A stretch of 64,000 nt of DNA, taken from Eukaryota sp. TZLM1-RC (lineage: Eukaryota > Protista > Metamonada: BaSk clade). The notes beneath the pieces were generated by a model that saw only the letters and a program-made list of their open reading frames with translations, was not told the origin of the DNA and did no database searches. The stretch spans positions 1,054,001-1,118,000 of the forward strand of contig JAUPSS010000004.1 of assembly GCA_040285825.1 (NCBI GenBank). The letters are read 5' to 3'. Positions 40,700 through 50,522 of this stretch are shown here, piece by piece. Position 1 is the stretch's first letter. Each line of letters starts with the position of its first letter. Position numbers and translations under genes: made by a program.

Positions 40700-42091
40700 T
40701 GTAAAAATCCTTAGTTTTTTCTTTTGAAAATTTGTTATGCTGGAAAAATTACTCATTTACTGAGATCATTACCTCCATCCCTAACTTACAATTTTTGTAG
40801 ACAATTTAACAAAATACGTACCCAATTTTTGGCTTATTTAATGTCTGTTGATCCATCAATTTTGAAAAATCATATTTTTCTGATGTTCAACTTGGCGGTG
40901 TTGGATTCAATTCATCAAAATATTTAACCAAAGCTGCATTTATTGGTGGCGGAAAAAATTTTGTATTTGAATTCTCTAGAAGATATCCTTTTGCCGAAAA
41001 TCTTCTTGAAAGTACAGATAGCATATTCCTCGATAACTTAAGAGAAGAAATTTCCAGTTTATCTCCCGACTTATGGCAATCATGTTTCCCCATATCCATC
41101 CAAGAAATTCCAGACAGAAGTTTATATTCATTAAAATTTGCGTTGAAAAAGCTCCAACGACATCTTTTGAAAAAATTTGAAAGCAAGGATTTTATTGTTC
41201 GACTTAGCACGGCTAAGAAAGGAAATCCTGCTTTTGCAAATTTTTTGATTGATTTGAAGGACAGTTCATCTGCAGTTTTGATAAATCAAATTCCCCAGAT
41301 TTATGGCCTATTTTTGAATGACGACCAATGGACCACTGCTATGAGAATGCGTTGTTATTTATGGCCTTGTAATTTGCCCAATGATTTGTTTTGCAAATGT
41401 GGAGCTGGTTTGACATTATCACATTTATTTAATTGTAATAGATTTATTTCCTATCGTTCTACGTTGCATGATGCAGTCAGAGATCAAATCCATGCAATGT
41501 GTAATTCCTATCATATTGAATCTGTTGTAGAACCTTTGTTGAGGTCTCTTGATATAAATGAAAGGGTAAGAGATTCAGAATATGGAAAACGACGTGCTGA
41601 TGTTGTTGTGCCCTCGTTTGATGATGTCATGAATGTTGTTGATGTCGTAACAGTGGATGTTTGCAAGAAAAATGCCTTGAAAAATGCTCAATCCGAAGTA
41701 TCCCCCCTTGATGACTCCGAATTATACAAAAGGAAAAAATATGCAAATCCTTTAAAAGAATTGAAACATGTTCGCCATGTAGATTACTAAATTTGCCCAT
41801 TTGCTTTATCGTTGTATGGTCGTCTTGGAAAAACTGCTTTGAATTTAATTGACGATTTTGAAAATCTTGTGAAAAGAAGAATGAATAAGCGTTTTGATCG
41901 TCGCTTGTGGCTAAATCGTATTGTTTTTACTATTTTCAAATCAATTCCTAAAATGATTTCGAAAGCTTTGATGTCTGTCAGTGCACATTACGAAGAAATT
42001 GCTGTTGTGAGGTTTGATGGTGTGGAAGCTTGTCTTGAAGATATTGACTTTTAGACTGTAGTTTAGTAATAAATTAAATAAATTAAAAAAA
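40700..42091 (+). mobile_element. Family E 5'-truncated copy
   Basis: ORF pieces 40724-42054: LKICYAGK, CKC..HLFNC, KRRADVV, LEDIDF*, AATAAA and A-run; one stop and one frameshift. Confidence 0.9.
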
Positions 42092-42289
42092 ATCCTTAAA
42101 ATTGTTGAAGAACTTTGTAATTGAATTAACCTTTTCTGTGTCATTGAGAATCACATGATTTTAAAATCTCAGTAAAGGATTAAGCATCCTAGCAATTATC
42201 AAAGATTGCTTAGTTGCATATTCCATTCTGTTCATTAATACAGCATCAATTATTGATATTCCTCTATTGATTTCGTCATTGTTGATGTT

Positions 42290-42715
42290 GTTTTGTTCAG
42301 CTATTCACAAAATTTTAGATATCATTAAGCAAAAATACCCTTCTATAAAAATATTTACTTATATGGATGATATATGCTTGATTAGTCAATTGATTTACTA
42401 CAATTGGTTGCTCAAGAAATTGCCGATTGATATGAAAATATTGGGCTTCATCTTAATGCGAGCAAATGCCTTTTGATTGGCTCTTCTGCTCAGGATCTTG
42501 TGATAAATGATTCTTTTGTTCCTTTTATTAATTATAGTAGTGATGCATTGAAGTTTCTTTGTTGTTGGTTAGGAAACGTGCCTCAACTTCAAAATGAATT
42601 ACAGATCATTTTGGAAAAAGTGAAAATTAAACTTTTTTTTACCAAAATTGTAATTTTATTCAAAACCTATAAATCAACATTTAAAAAATTAAACTTATTC
42701 AATTTCAATTTCTGC
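42290..42715 (+). mobile_element. Degenerate internal family A fragment interrupted by an antisense family A tail (42633-42684) with 10-bp TSD
   Basis: YMDD region; aaaattaaac at 42623 and 42685. Confidence 0.8.
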
Positions 42716-43256
42716 TTTAGTTTTAGAAACACATATTAAATTTTTAGCAAATTTTTTGCTACGGTTCAGAAAAGGCTGTTCTACTGGTATTATTTTATAA
42801 CTTTGAAACTCGTGTTGAAAATTCGTCATCATTATTTGATCAATAAAAGCAGATGCGGCTACCCACAAAAATCCCACTGTTTTTGCACCCAGTTTTTCCT
42901 CGAACACGGTACGGTCTAGCGGCAAGACTTTATTGTTCGACATATATTTGACCCAGCTTCGAATTCTGGTAGTTGCATTTTAGATTGATCAATCTGAATC
43001 AGGTGTTGCTCCCAACTGGTCCAAAAAATGACCTCAATTTTTGAACAAAAGAATTTTGTAAAGAAAACTATACTGTCATTATTCTTTGGAAATTTTTTGG
43101 TTCAGTTTGTGCTGTCTAAGACTGGAAGCTTCTTTTGGATCCAACATTCTATAACAATTGTCAAAAAACAGCCGTTTCATCAATTACATATCTTATGGTG
43201 TTCAAATTGATCTTTGACAATGTCAAAATGGCCAACAACCGTAATGCTGTTTTGCA

Positions 43257-43559
43257 TCATCGCATCTCACTAATTGCAATTTCTAGCTAATTTAGTGATG
43301 CAGAAATGTCTCTAGACCAAACTTGATTACATTCTGGACAACTGAAATAGGCGTTGTGAACTTTAACTTCACCATCAGCTTCTCGATAGATCTTTTGGTG
43401 TAGCATCTTGTAGCAGTTCACCTTTGCAGATGTCATATATTCATCTCCGATCTTCACATTAGCAAATGAACATTGCAACAACTTCAGAAAAGCCTCACGT
43501 GGAGTTTTTACTTTTTCACGTGATGTACCACCACCTCCATTGCCAAACCACACCTTTAC
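43257..43559 (-). pseudogene. Fanzor/TnpB-like RuvC nuclease C-terminal remnant
   Basis: VWFGNG....P...L..L....V..GDEYMTS..C..CPEC..WSRDISASLN matches the RuvC-II / Zn finger / RuvC-III layout; in-frame TAG at 43285-43289 region; N-terminus absent. Confidence 0.7.
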
Positions 43560-43686
43560 TGTTGCCTTAAGTTGCAAAAGTGGTTGAGATAAAGATAATG
43601 AGGAAAGGTGAATGAGGAAAAGTTGATGTATTTTCTAATCATAACATACAAGCCTTAGGGCACCAACACTGCTTCTTCCCTTTTTC
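43560..43686 (-). mobile_element. Polypurine tract + 109-bp LTR (43560-43668) of a second LTR family
   Basis: gaaaaagggaagaagcag then TGTTG..CAACA, mirroring the PPT/LTR boundary at 57935. Confidence 0.7.
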
Positions 43687-43714
43687 AAAATAAATAAGCT
43701 TATATGAATAATAT

Positions 43715-44362
43715 GTATTTATTGAATTTGCACACTTAATTAAATTAACTCATAACTAATGGGACGACTATCATTGAACCAAGATTTCCTCTACAAAATC
43801 TTGATCTGCTTGCTGTCTAGCTAAAGCTTCTCTAATTCGATTGAAAAACCGCGGTAATCTATTAATAATGGCAAATTGAATCCGTGAACGCCATAAAAAA
43901 ATATCAAATCTTTTCATTGTTTTTTCTTGCACCATTTTTTGGAAGTCATCCAAAAAAGTTTCTGCTTCAACTGATAATCTTCCATTTATCGAAAATGGGA
44001 AAGCAATAAAAACCAGCTGTGTATTTCTATCGACATTTGCCTCTTCAATATCTTTATCATATTTTCTATGTTTCTCTTTTGCTTTAAAATCCAGAGCAGC
44101 CACAGGATTAAGTTTTCTTCTGTGAACCAAAGTATCATTTGCAACATTACATGAGACAAAGTCAAAAATAGCTTCAGAATTATCAAACCAATCACAGTAT
44201 ACATCACCTCTATCATCAGAACCAAAATTGTTCAGAGAAAGTGTTTCCTTCAGCAGGGGCTCTTTGATACACGATATCCTTGCAGTTTGTGCCGTATTGA
44301 AAATAGTGTCTCTAACAGCATCATGTAATGAAGAACGATAAGTTATCAATTTAGAGCAATGT
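43715..44362 (-). mobile_element. Family C 3' fragment
   Basis: ORF 43771-44397: HDAVRD, RGD, KHRKY, EEILVQ*. Confidence 0.9.
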
Positions 44363-44814
44363 AGATGTAATGTCTGTTGATCCTTGTAATGCCTCAAATG
44401 AAAGGCTAGTTAATTCTGAAATTCATAATCCCCTTTCAAATGCTGAAAATTTTAAATTAAAAAAATACAATGAACCTTTGTCTAAATTGGCCAGTCTACA
44501 GCATGCAAAATACAATTTGTATCCATTTGTATTTTCCCTTTTTGGTTCACTTGCACCAACTGCTTTACGTTTTTTGGATGATTTTGAAATGATTGTAAAG
44601 AGAAGAACTGGCAGAAATTTCAACAGATTGTTTTGGCAAAATAGAATTGTGTTTTCTATTTTTAAGGGGATGTTGAAGATGGTTTCTGATGCTTTGCTTT
44701 CTCTTGGATCTCACTATGAGAGAGTTGCATCTAGTGTTTTTGTTTTGGGAGAGATGGATTTTTTAGATGTTGATTTATAGGTTTTGAATAAAATTAAAAT
44801 TTTGGTAAAAAAAA
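44363..44814 (+). mobile_element. Family A 3' fragment, head-to-head with family C
   Basis: ORF 44370-44780 plus poly(A). Confidence 0.9.
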
Positions 44815-45068
44815 GCTTTAAGAATATTAAAAACAATTCTATTGTGCCAGAAATTGAAGTTCAATTCTTTTCCTGCTCTTATTTTTTATTAAACTTCTGA
44901 AACCTTCAAGAAATTTAATGCCAGATATTCCAATTTTACCAAAAAGAGAAACAGCAAATGGAACCAACTGATACTTGACATGCTCAACACGTCCTAGCTG
45001 AGATAAGGGTTCATTGTACTTTTTGTATTTCTTTTTTTTTGAAAATTTTAATTTATCATTAAACTTTT
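44815..45068 (-). mobile_element. Family D internal fragment plus family E tail
   Basis: Matches 50640-50850; aatttatcattaaac matches the family E 3' UTR. Confidence 0.75.
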
Positions 45069-45069
45069 A

Positions 45070-48000
45070 TTCATTTATTTTTATTCAACAACAAATATGA
45101 AATACACAATTAAAACTCCACATCCTCAAAACCTGCCTCCCCTACATCAAAACAATTAATTGCTAAAGATTCAGAAAATTTCCCAAAAGAAGATAGTGAA
45201 TCAGAAATTAGTTTTACCATTCCCTTAAAAATAGAAAATACAATCCTGTTTTGCCAGTAAACACGATTGAAAATTCTTCCAGTTCTTTCCTTTACAACTA
45301 CAACAAAATCCTCAAGGAAAGCCATAGCAGCCTTACCTAGAGATCCAAGCAAAGAAAAAACAAATGGACATAAATTATATTGGGCATGAGAATTTTCATT
45401 AACCGAGGAAATGGGTTTCGCATATTTAGCAATTTTATATTTTTCGCCTGCAAGAAGAGGATTATTTACATCCGAGTTAATCAGATGTTCGTTAGAGGAA
45501 TTACAAGGGTCATTAGACATGGCGTCCAAAATAGTAAAACTACCATTTAAACCAAGAACAACTAGATCACCTCTAGTCAGACCCATAGAAGCTCTGTTGT
45601 AACGCGTACTATCAATATTGGGATCATCAAGAATTAATTTTGATAACAGCGGTTCTAAAAAGGAATTTACTCGATATGATTTGCACATTACATAAATTTG
45701 GTCCCTGACGTTATTATGCACTTTGCTTCTGAACGTAATGAAATGTTTACAGTTCAAAAGATGAGTAAACAAAAGAGGTTTACCACATTTACAAGTTTGA
45801 ATAAAATTAAAATTTTGTAAAAAAAAATTACAAGTTAAATGATTGGGCAAATTGTTTGGCCACAGAAAACAACGAAAACGCATGTTTAGAAGCCATTCAT
45901 TGTTTTTTAACAAAAGTCCATAAACAGAAGGAACTTGAGTTACTAAAGCAGCAGCTGAACTATCACGAATATCCTTTAAAAAATTACCGAAAGCGGGATT
46001 TTTAGTTTTGGCCAAGCCAAATCTTACTTCATAATTCAAGCCTTCATATAATTTAACCAGATGGTGCTGAAGCTTTTTCAAGCAAAAACGTAAATTTGGA
46101 AGTGATCGGGTGGGAATTTCTTGAACATTTTGAGGAAAACACTGAATCCAGATATCACTAGGCAAATTTTCTAATTCAAATTGCAGTTGATTCAAGTAAA
46201 AATTTGATTCACCATTGATCAGATGAACATCAAAAGGGAACCTTTGGAAAAATTCAAAAACAAAATTTTTACCACCTCCCAAAAATGCAGCTCTACACAG
46301 AATCGAAGATTTGGTGAATCCAATTCCACCCAAATCTGCTGAACAAAATACATGACTTCGAATTAAAGATTCATTTACTTTTAATAAAGAAGAAAAAAAT
46401 TTGACTCGAAGTTTGTTAAAAGATCTGCAAAAATTGAGAGATACCGATGGGGGAGTTGACCTTAAAATATGAGTGAATTTTCCAGAATAACAAATTTTTA
46501 AAATAAAAAATTTGATGTGTTTCTCAATGTCACATTCAGCAATAAAACTAAGATCCTTGTCAAACTTCTCCAATAAATTGTTTAACTGGGAATAAATTTC
46601 ATCCAAATTGCCAAGCCAACATCCAAGAAACTTAAAAGCTTGTTGGTCATAATTGATAAAAGGAATCTGAGCTCCACCAATCATCAAAGATTGTTTTTCT
46701 CTACCAATCAAGAGACATTTAGATGGGTTCAGAGCTAATCCAATTTCTTTGTATTTCGCCGCAATGTCTTCAGAGACCCTAGAAATGCTTTCAAAAGAAC
46801 CAATAATAGAAATGTCATCCATATAGGCAACAATACGCAAATCAGGGAAATCTTGTTGTGTCATTTTAATAATATTATGAATAGCCAAACAAAACAGCAA
46901 AGGGCCAAGAGGATCACCTTGTTTCACATTAGAAGCAGATTCAAGGGTAAAGGAGTCAAAAATTAAGTCTGATTTTTTTCCATAAAATAAATAAAAATAT
47001 GCAGAAAGTTCAGGAAAATCTTGAAGAAGCACATCAAAAATACAATTACGTTTCACAGAATTGAAAGCATTTTTGAAATCCAAATTGAAAATATATTGAT
47101 GTTGTTGACTATTGAAAAAAACATCTGAAGTCATTGAAGCAACAGAAGCACCTTCAATAGTTTTTATACCAAATTGGAAAGGCTTCAAATAGTCCCTTGC
47201 TTTAGTAGAAATTCTGTTAAAAATAAGCGAAGAAAGCAATCTGGTTAATGACTCTCCAATAGCAATTGGTCTAACTCCATCGGGTTTGTCACCTTTACCA
47301 GGTTTAACTAAAGCAACTAAACGGGCAGCAGTCAATTCAGGCGGAGGAACATAATTCAAACACATTAAATTTTGAAAATAGGAAGCAAGATCCTCAACAA
47401 TTTCAGGAGCATTTTTACAGGCAGTTTTCAACAAATCAAAGGAAATGCCTGAAGGACCAGCAGCTTTTCCTTTTGGTAATTTAGCAACGGCATTCAATAC
47501 TTCTTGAGCCTGAAATGGATTTTCGAGCCAATATTGACAAATAGAAGGCTTACTGGGGCAAAAATTTTCAGTTGGATGGAGGGATTTCAATTTTTCAACA
47601 GTTTCGAGATTGTTATCAGCCAGTTTTCCCGAAAAAATATTTTTTAATCCGCTTCCATATCTACCTCTCAAAAACAATTTTCTTGCTTGAAAAGATGAAT
47701 TAGCTTTTCTCTGTTTTGGTTTGTAATTAATTTTCTTCTTATTCTTTTTGGCAAAGAATTTCCAAAATCTTGTTATGTTCCATTTGTATAATTTCAAATG
47801 CGAAGAAAAAGAACGCATTTCCATTGACATAGGAACAGAACTGGCAGGACTCACCTCTACAGGAATTTTAACAGGTGCACGAAGAGAATCACTTGTTTGA
47901 CAGTCAAAACAAAACAAGAGAGGGCGACCATTAGAAGAATTAGAGAGGAACTTTTTGCAAAAAGGACAATTATGTTTCAAGACATTATCCGTAGGATCAG

Positions 48001-48516
48001 GAGCAACAGTTTTTGGTAAATGAGTTTGATCAATATTTAAATCATAATTAACATCATCAGCAGAAACATTGGGAACAGGAGGAAGATTCAGTTCGGATGG
48101 CGTTTGCAAACTATTAACAATAGAAATATTGGTTTTCAGTCTCATTTTTTCGGTAATAATATCAGGACATTTTCTAATGTTATGACCAACCTTGCCACAT
48201 TTGGAACAGGTATGTCTTCTTTTTTGCACTTTTTCAGGCGTAATATCAGGGGCATCACACAAAGGCAAAAAATCTTTTTTAAAAATTTTCAAATTTTTTT
48301 GAGAAGAATTTTGAGCATAGCTTGAAGGGTGGGGAGAGTGGAGAAGTGAAGGGGATGAGCTTGATCTGATGGGTAGAATCTTTGCTTGGGCGTTCCAATC
48401 AGTATCAGAGTCACTATCAGTCAATGGCATCGTTTTGGCAAAGACACAGAACAACTTGGACGCCGTGACAGAAAGTGAAATATGAGAGGGTTGACCAGCG
48501 GAGGGAGAAAAAAAAA
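45070..48516 (-). mobile_element. Near-intact full-length family B CRE-like element (about 3.45 kb)
   Basis: Pyrimidine-rich 5' UTR, a single ORF, and a short 3' UTR with AATAAA. Confidence 0.93.
45110..48430 (-). CDS. Family B polyprotein: CCHC knuckle, C4 zinc finger, RT, CCHC + restriction-like endonuclease
   Basis: Likely ATG at 48430 (MPLTDSDSDTDW, conserved at 56793); CSKCGKVGHNIRKC, CPFC..CFDC, RPIAIGE, VKQGDPLGP, YMDD, RGD..D. Confidence 0.9.
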   Translation of the reverse strand: MPLTDSDSDTDWNAQAKILPIRSSSSPSLLHSPHPSSYAQNSSQKNLKIFKKDFLPLCDAPDITPEKVQKRRHTCSKCGKVGHNIRKCPDIITEKMRLKTNISIVNSLQTPSELNLPPVPNVSADDVNYDLNIDQTHLPKTVAPDPTDNVLKHNCPFCKKFLSNSSNGRPLLFCFDCQTSDSLRAPVKIPVEVSPASSVPMSMEMRSFSSHLKLYKWNITRFWKFFAKKNKKKINYKPKQRKANSSFQARKLFLRGRYGSGLKNIFSGKLADNNLETVEKLKSLHPTENFCPSKPSICQYWLENPFQAQEVLNAVAKLPKGKAAGPSGISFDLLKTACKNAPEIVEDLASYFQNLMCLNYVPPPELTAARLVALVKPGKGDKPDGVRPIAIGESLTRLLSSLIFNRISTKARDYLKPFQFGIKTIEGASVASMTSDVFFNSQQHQYIFNLDFKNAFNSVKRNCIFDVLLQDFPELSAYFYLFYGKKSDLIFDSFTLESASNVKQGDPLGPLLFCLAIHNIIKMTQQDFPDLRIVAYMDDISIIGSFESISRVSEDIAAKYKEIGLALNPSKCLLIGREKQSLMIGGAQIPFINYDQQAFKFLGCWLGNLDEIYSQLNNLLEKFDKDLSFIAECDIEKHIKFFILKICYSGKFTHILRSTPPSVSLNFCRSFNKLRVKFFSSLLKVNESLIRSHVFCSADLGGIGFTKSSILCRAAFLGGGKNFVFEFFQRFPFDVHLINGESNFYLNQLQFELENLPSDIWIQCFPQNVQEIPTRSLPNLRFCLKKLQHHLVKLYEGLNYEVRFGLAKTKNPAFGNFLKDIRDSSAAALVTQVPSVYGLLLKNNEWLLNMRFRCFLWPNNLPNHLTCNFFLQNFNFIQTCKCGKPLLFTHLLNCKHFITFRSKVHNNVRDQIYVMCKSYRVNSFLEPLLSKLILDDPNIDSTRYNRASMGLTRGDLVVLGLNGSFTILDAMSNDPCNSSNEHLINSDVNNPLLAGEKYKIAKYAKPISSVNENSHAQYNLCPFVFSLLGSLGKAAMAFLEDFVVVVKERTGRIFNRVYWQNRIVFSIFKGMVKLISDSLSSFGKFSESLAINCFDVGEAGFEDVEF

Positions 48517-50020
48517 TCAAGCCAAATTATATTCAATTGATGCTATTCGTCATTTGGGTTCGTTTTTAGGAAATAATGATGAAATTACCAAAAAATTGTT
48601 TGAAAAGTTGAACTCAATTTCTGACAAAATTGACCGAATGATGAATTTGGATATAAAAAAACACATCAAATTTACCATTATAAGACTCTGTTTTAGTTCC
48701 AATTTTAATCATATATTTCGATCTACAAATCCTCTCGTCACTAGACCTTTGGCTCAAAAGTTTAATGAGTTACGTGCAAAAGTTCTGTCTCAATTACTGG
48801 GATGTAAAATGTTTCAAATTCCAGATCATGCTTACCTTAGTCCACATTATGGTGGTTTAGGGTGGACGAAGGCTTCTATTCTTACCTCGTGTGCTTTTGT
48901 TGGTGGATGCAGAAATGCAATCTTTGAGTTTTCCGAAAGATTTGCAGATTGGGAAGATTTATTGATGACAACGCAAAGTTCCACTGTTTTTGCATTAAAT
49001 GAAGAAATTTCAAGAATTGATGTAGAAAAATGGGGTCGATGTTTTCCCCAATCATTCAATGGCATTATTCCAGAAAAAAATGTATTAAATTTGAAGTACA
49101 CTCTTCGAACATTACAGAAAAGATTGACTGGAATGTATGAAAAAGATCTTTATAATAATATATGCAGCTCGGCTGTTTTAAATCAAGATCTTCACTCATT
49201 GTTATTGGAAAAGGGTGTTTGTGAAAACAAGTCGTCAGATTCTTCACTTTTTGTAACCATTGTACCACGAAGATTTGGATTGTGTGCCACTAATGAAGCA
49301 TTTGTAACAAAAATGAGATTATATTTGAACATCCCCATTAACCAATTATTATCAAAAGAAAAATGTATTTGTTCGAATTCACCTCAACCCATTTTGCGCC
49401 ATGCTCTGAATTGCTCTAAATTGATAACTTATCGTTCTTCATTACATGATGCTGTTAGAGACACTGTTTTCAATATGGCACAAACTGCAAGGATATCGTG
49501 TATCAAAGAGCCCCTGCTGAAGGAAACACTTTCTCTGAATAATTTTGGTTCTGATGATAGAGGTGATGTATACTGTGATTGGATTGATAATTCTGAAGCT
49601 ATTGTTGACTTTGTCTCATGTAATGTCTCCGGTGGCTGCCCTGGATTTTAAAGCAAAGAGAAACATAGAAAATATGATAAAGATATTGAAGAGGCAAATG
49701 TCGATAGAAGTACACAGCTGGTTTTTATTGCTTTCCCATTTTCGATAAATGGAAGATTATCAGTTGAAGCAGAAACTTTTTTGGATGACTTCCAAAAAAT
49801 GGTGCAAGAAAAAACAATGAAAAGATTTGATATTTTTTTATGGCGTTCACGGATTCAATTTGCCATTATTAATAGATTACCGCCGTTTTTCAATCGAATT
49901 AGAGAAGCTTTAGCTAGACAGCAAGCAAATCAAGATTTTGTAGAGGAAATCTTGGTTCAATGATAGTCGTCCCATTAGTTATGATTTAATTTAATTAAGT
50001 GTGCAAATTCAATAAATAAA
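48517..50020 (+). mobile_element. Family C 5'-truncated copy, head-to-head with family B
   Basis: ORFs 48482-49963 end EEILVQ*; small internal deletion near 49627. Confidence 0.9.
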
Positions 50021-50024
50021 CTTT

Positions 50025-50522
50025 TAGACCTATGGATTAGTATAATGTAGCAGCTTCATTAGCAACCCTATTAATTGTACTTTCTGGACCAATACAAGAA
50101 ATGTCATCCATGTAGGCTACCACTTGAAGGTCAGAATTTTCTTCTTTTAATTTTTTCAAAATTGGGTGAATTGCAAGACAAAAAAAGAAAGGACCTAAAG
50201 GGTCTCCTTGTTTAACTCCTGATAAAGAATCAAGATTAAAAGAATTAAAAATTAAATCAGATGAATTACCATAAAACCTATAAAAAAAGGTTTCGAGTTC
50301 AGGAAAATTTGATTTGATTTCTTTCCAAATTGAATCTCTTTTCACTGAATTGAAAGCATTTTTGAAATCAAGATTAAAAATGCAACTATTTTCGTGACAA
50401 TTGAAAAATAGATCAGATGTCAAAACCGCAACTGAAGCTCCATCTATGGTTTTGATTCCATATTGGAATGGAGAAAAGTATTCTTTAGCTTTTGTTGAAA
50501 TTCGGTTAAAAATTACTGAACA
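50025..50522 (-). mobile_element. RT-domain fragment fused behind a family D 3' end
   Basis: LDFKNAFN, GVKQGDPLGP, YMDD; inverted copy at 57020-57520. Confidence 0.85.

Noticed and set aside
39960-40700. Overlapping + strand ORFs and an acidic - strand frame
   Set aside because: Multiple stops and no recognisable domain; at most a decayed gene fragment.
42695-43250. ORF fragments downstream of the Fanzor-like remnant as a partner transposase or omega-RNA
   Set aside because: No catalytic motif or convincing structure could be recognised without alignment to other copies.
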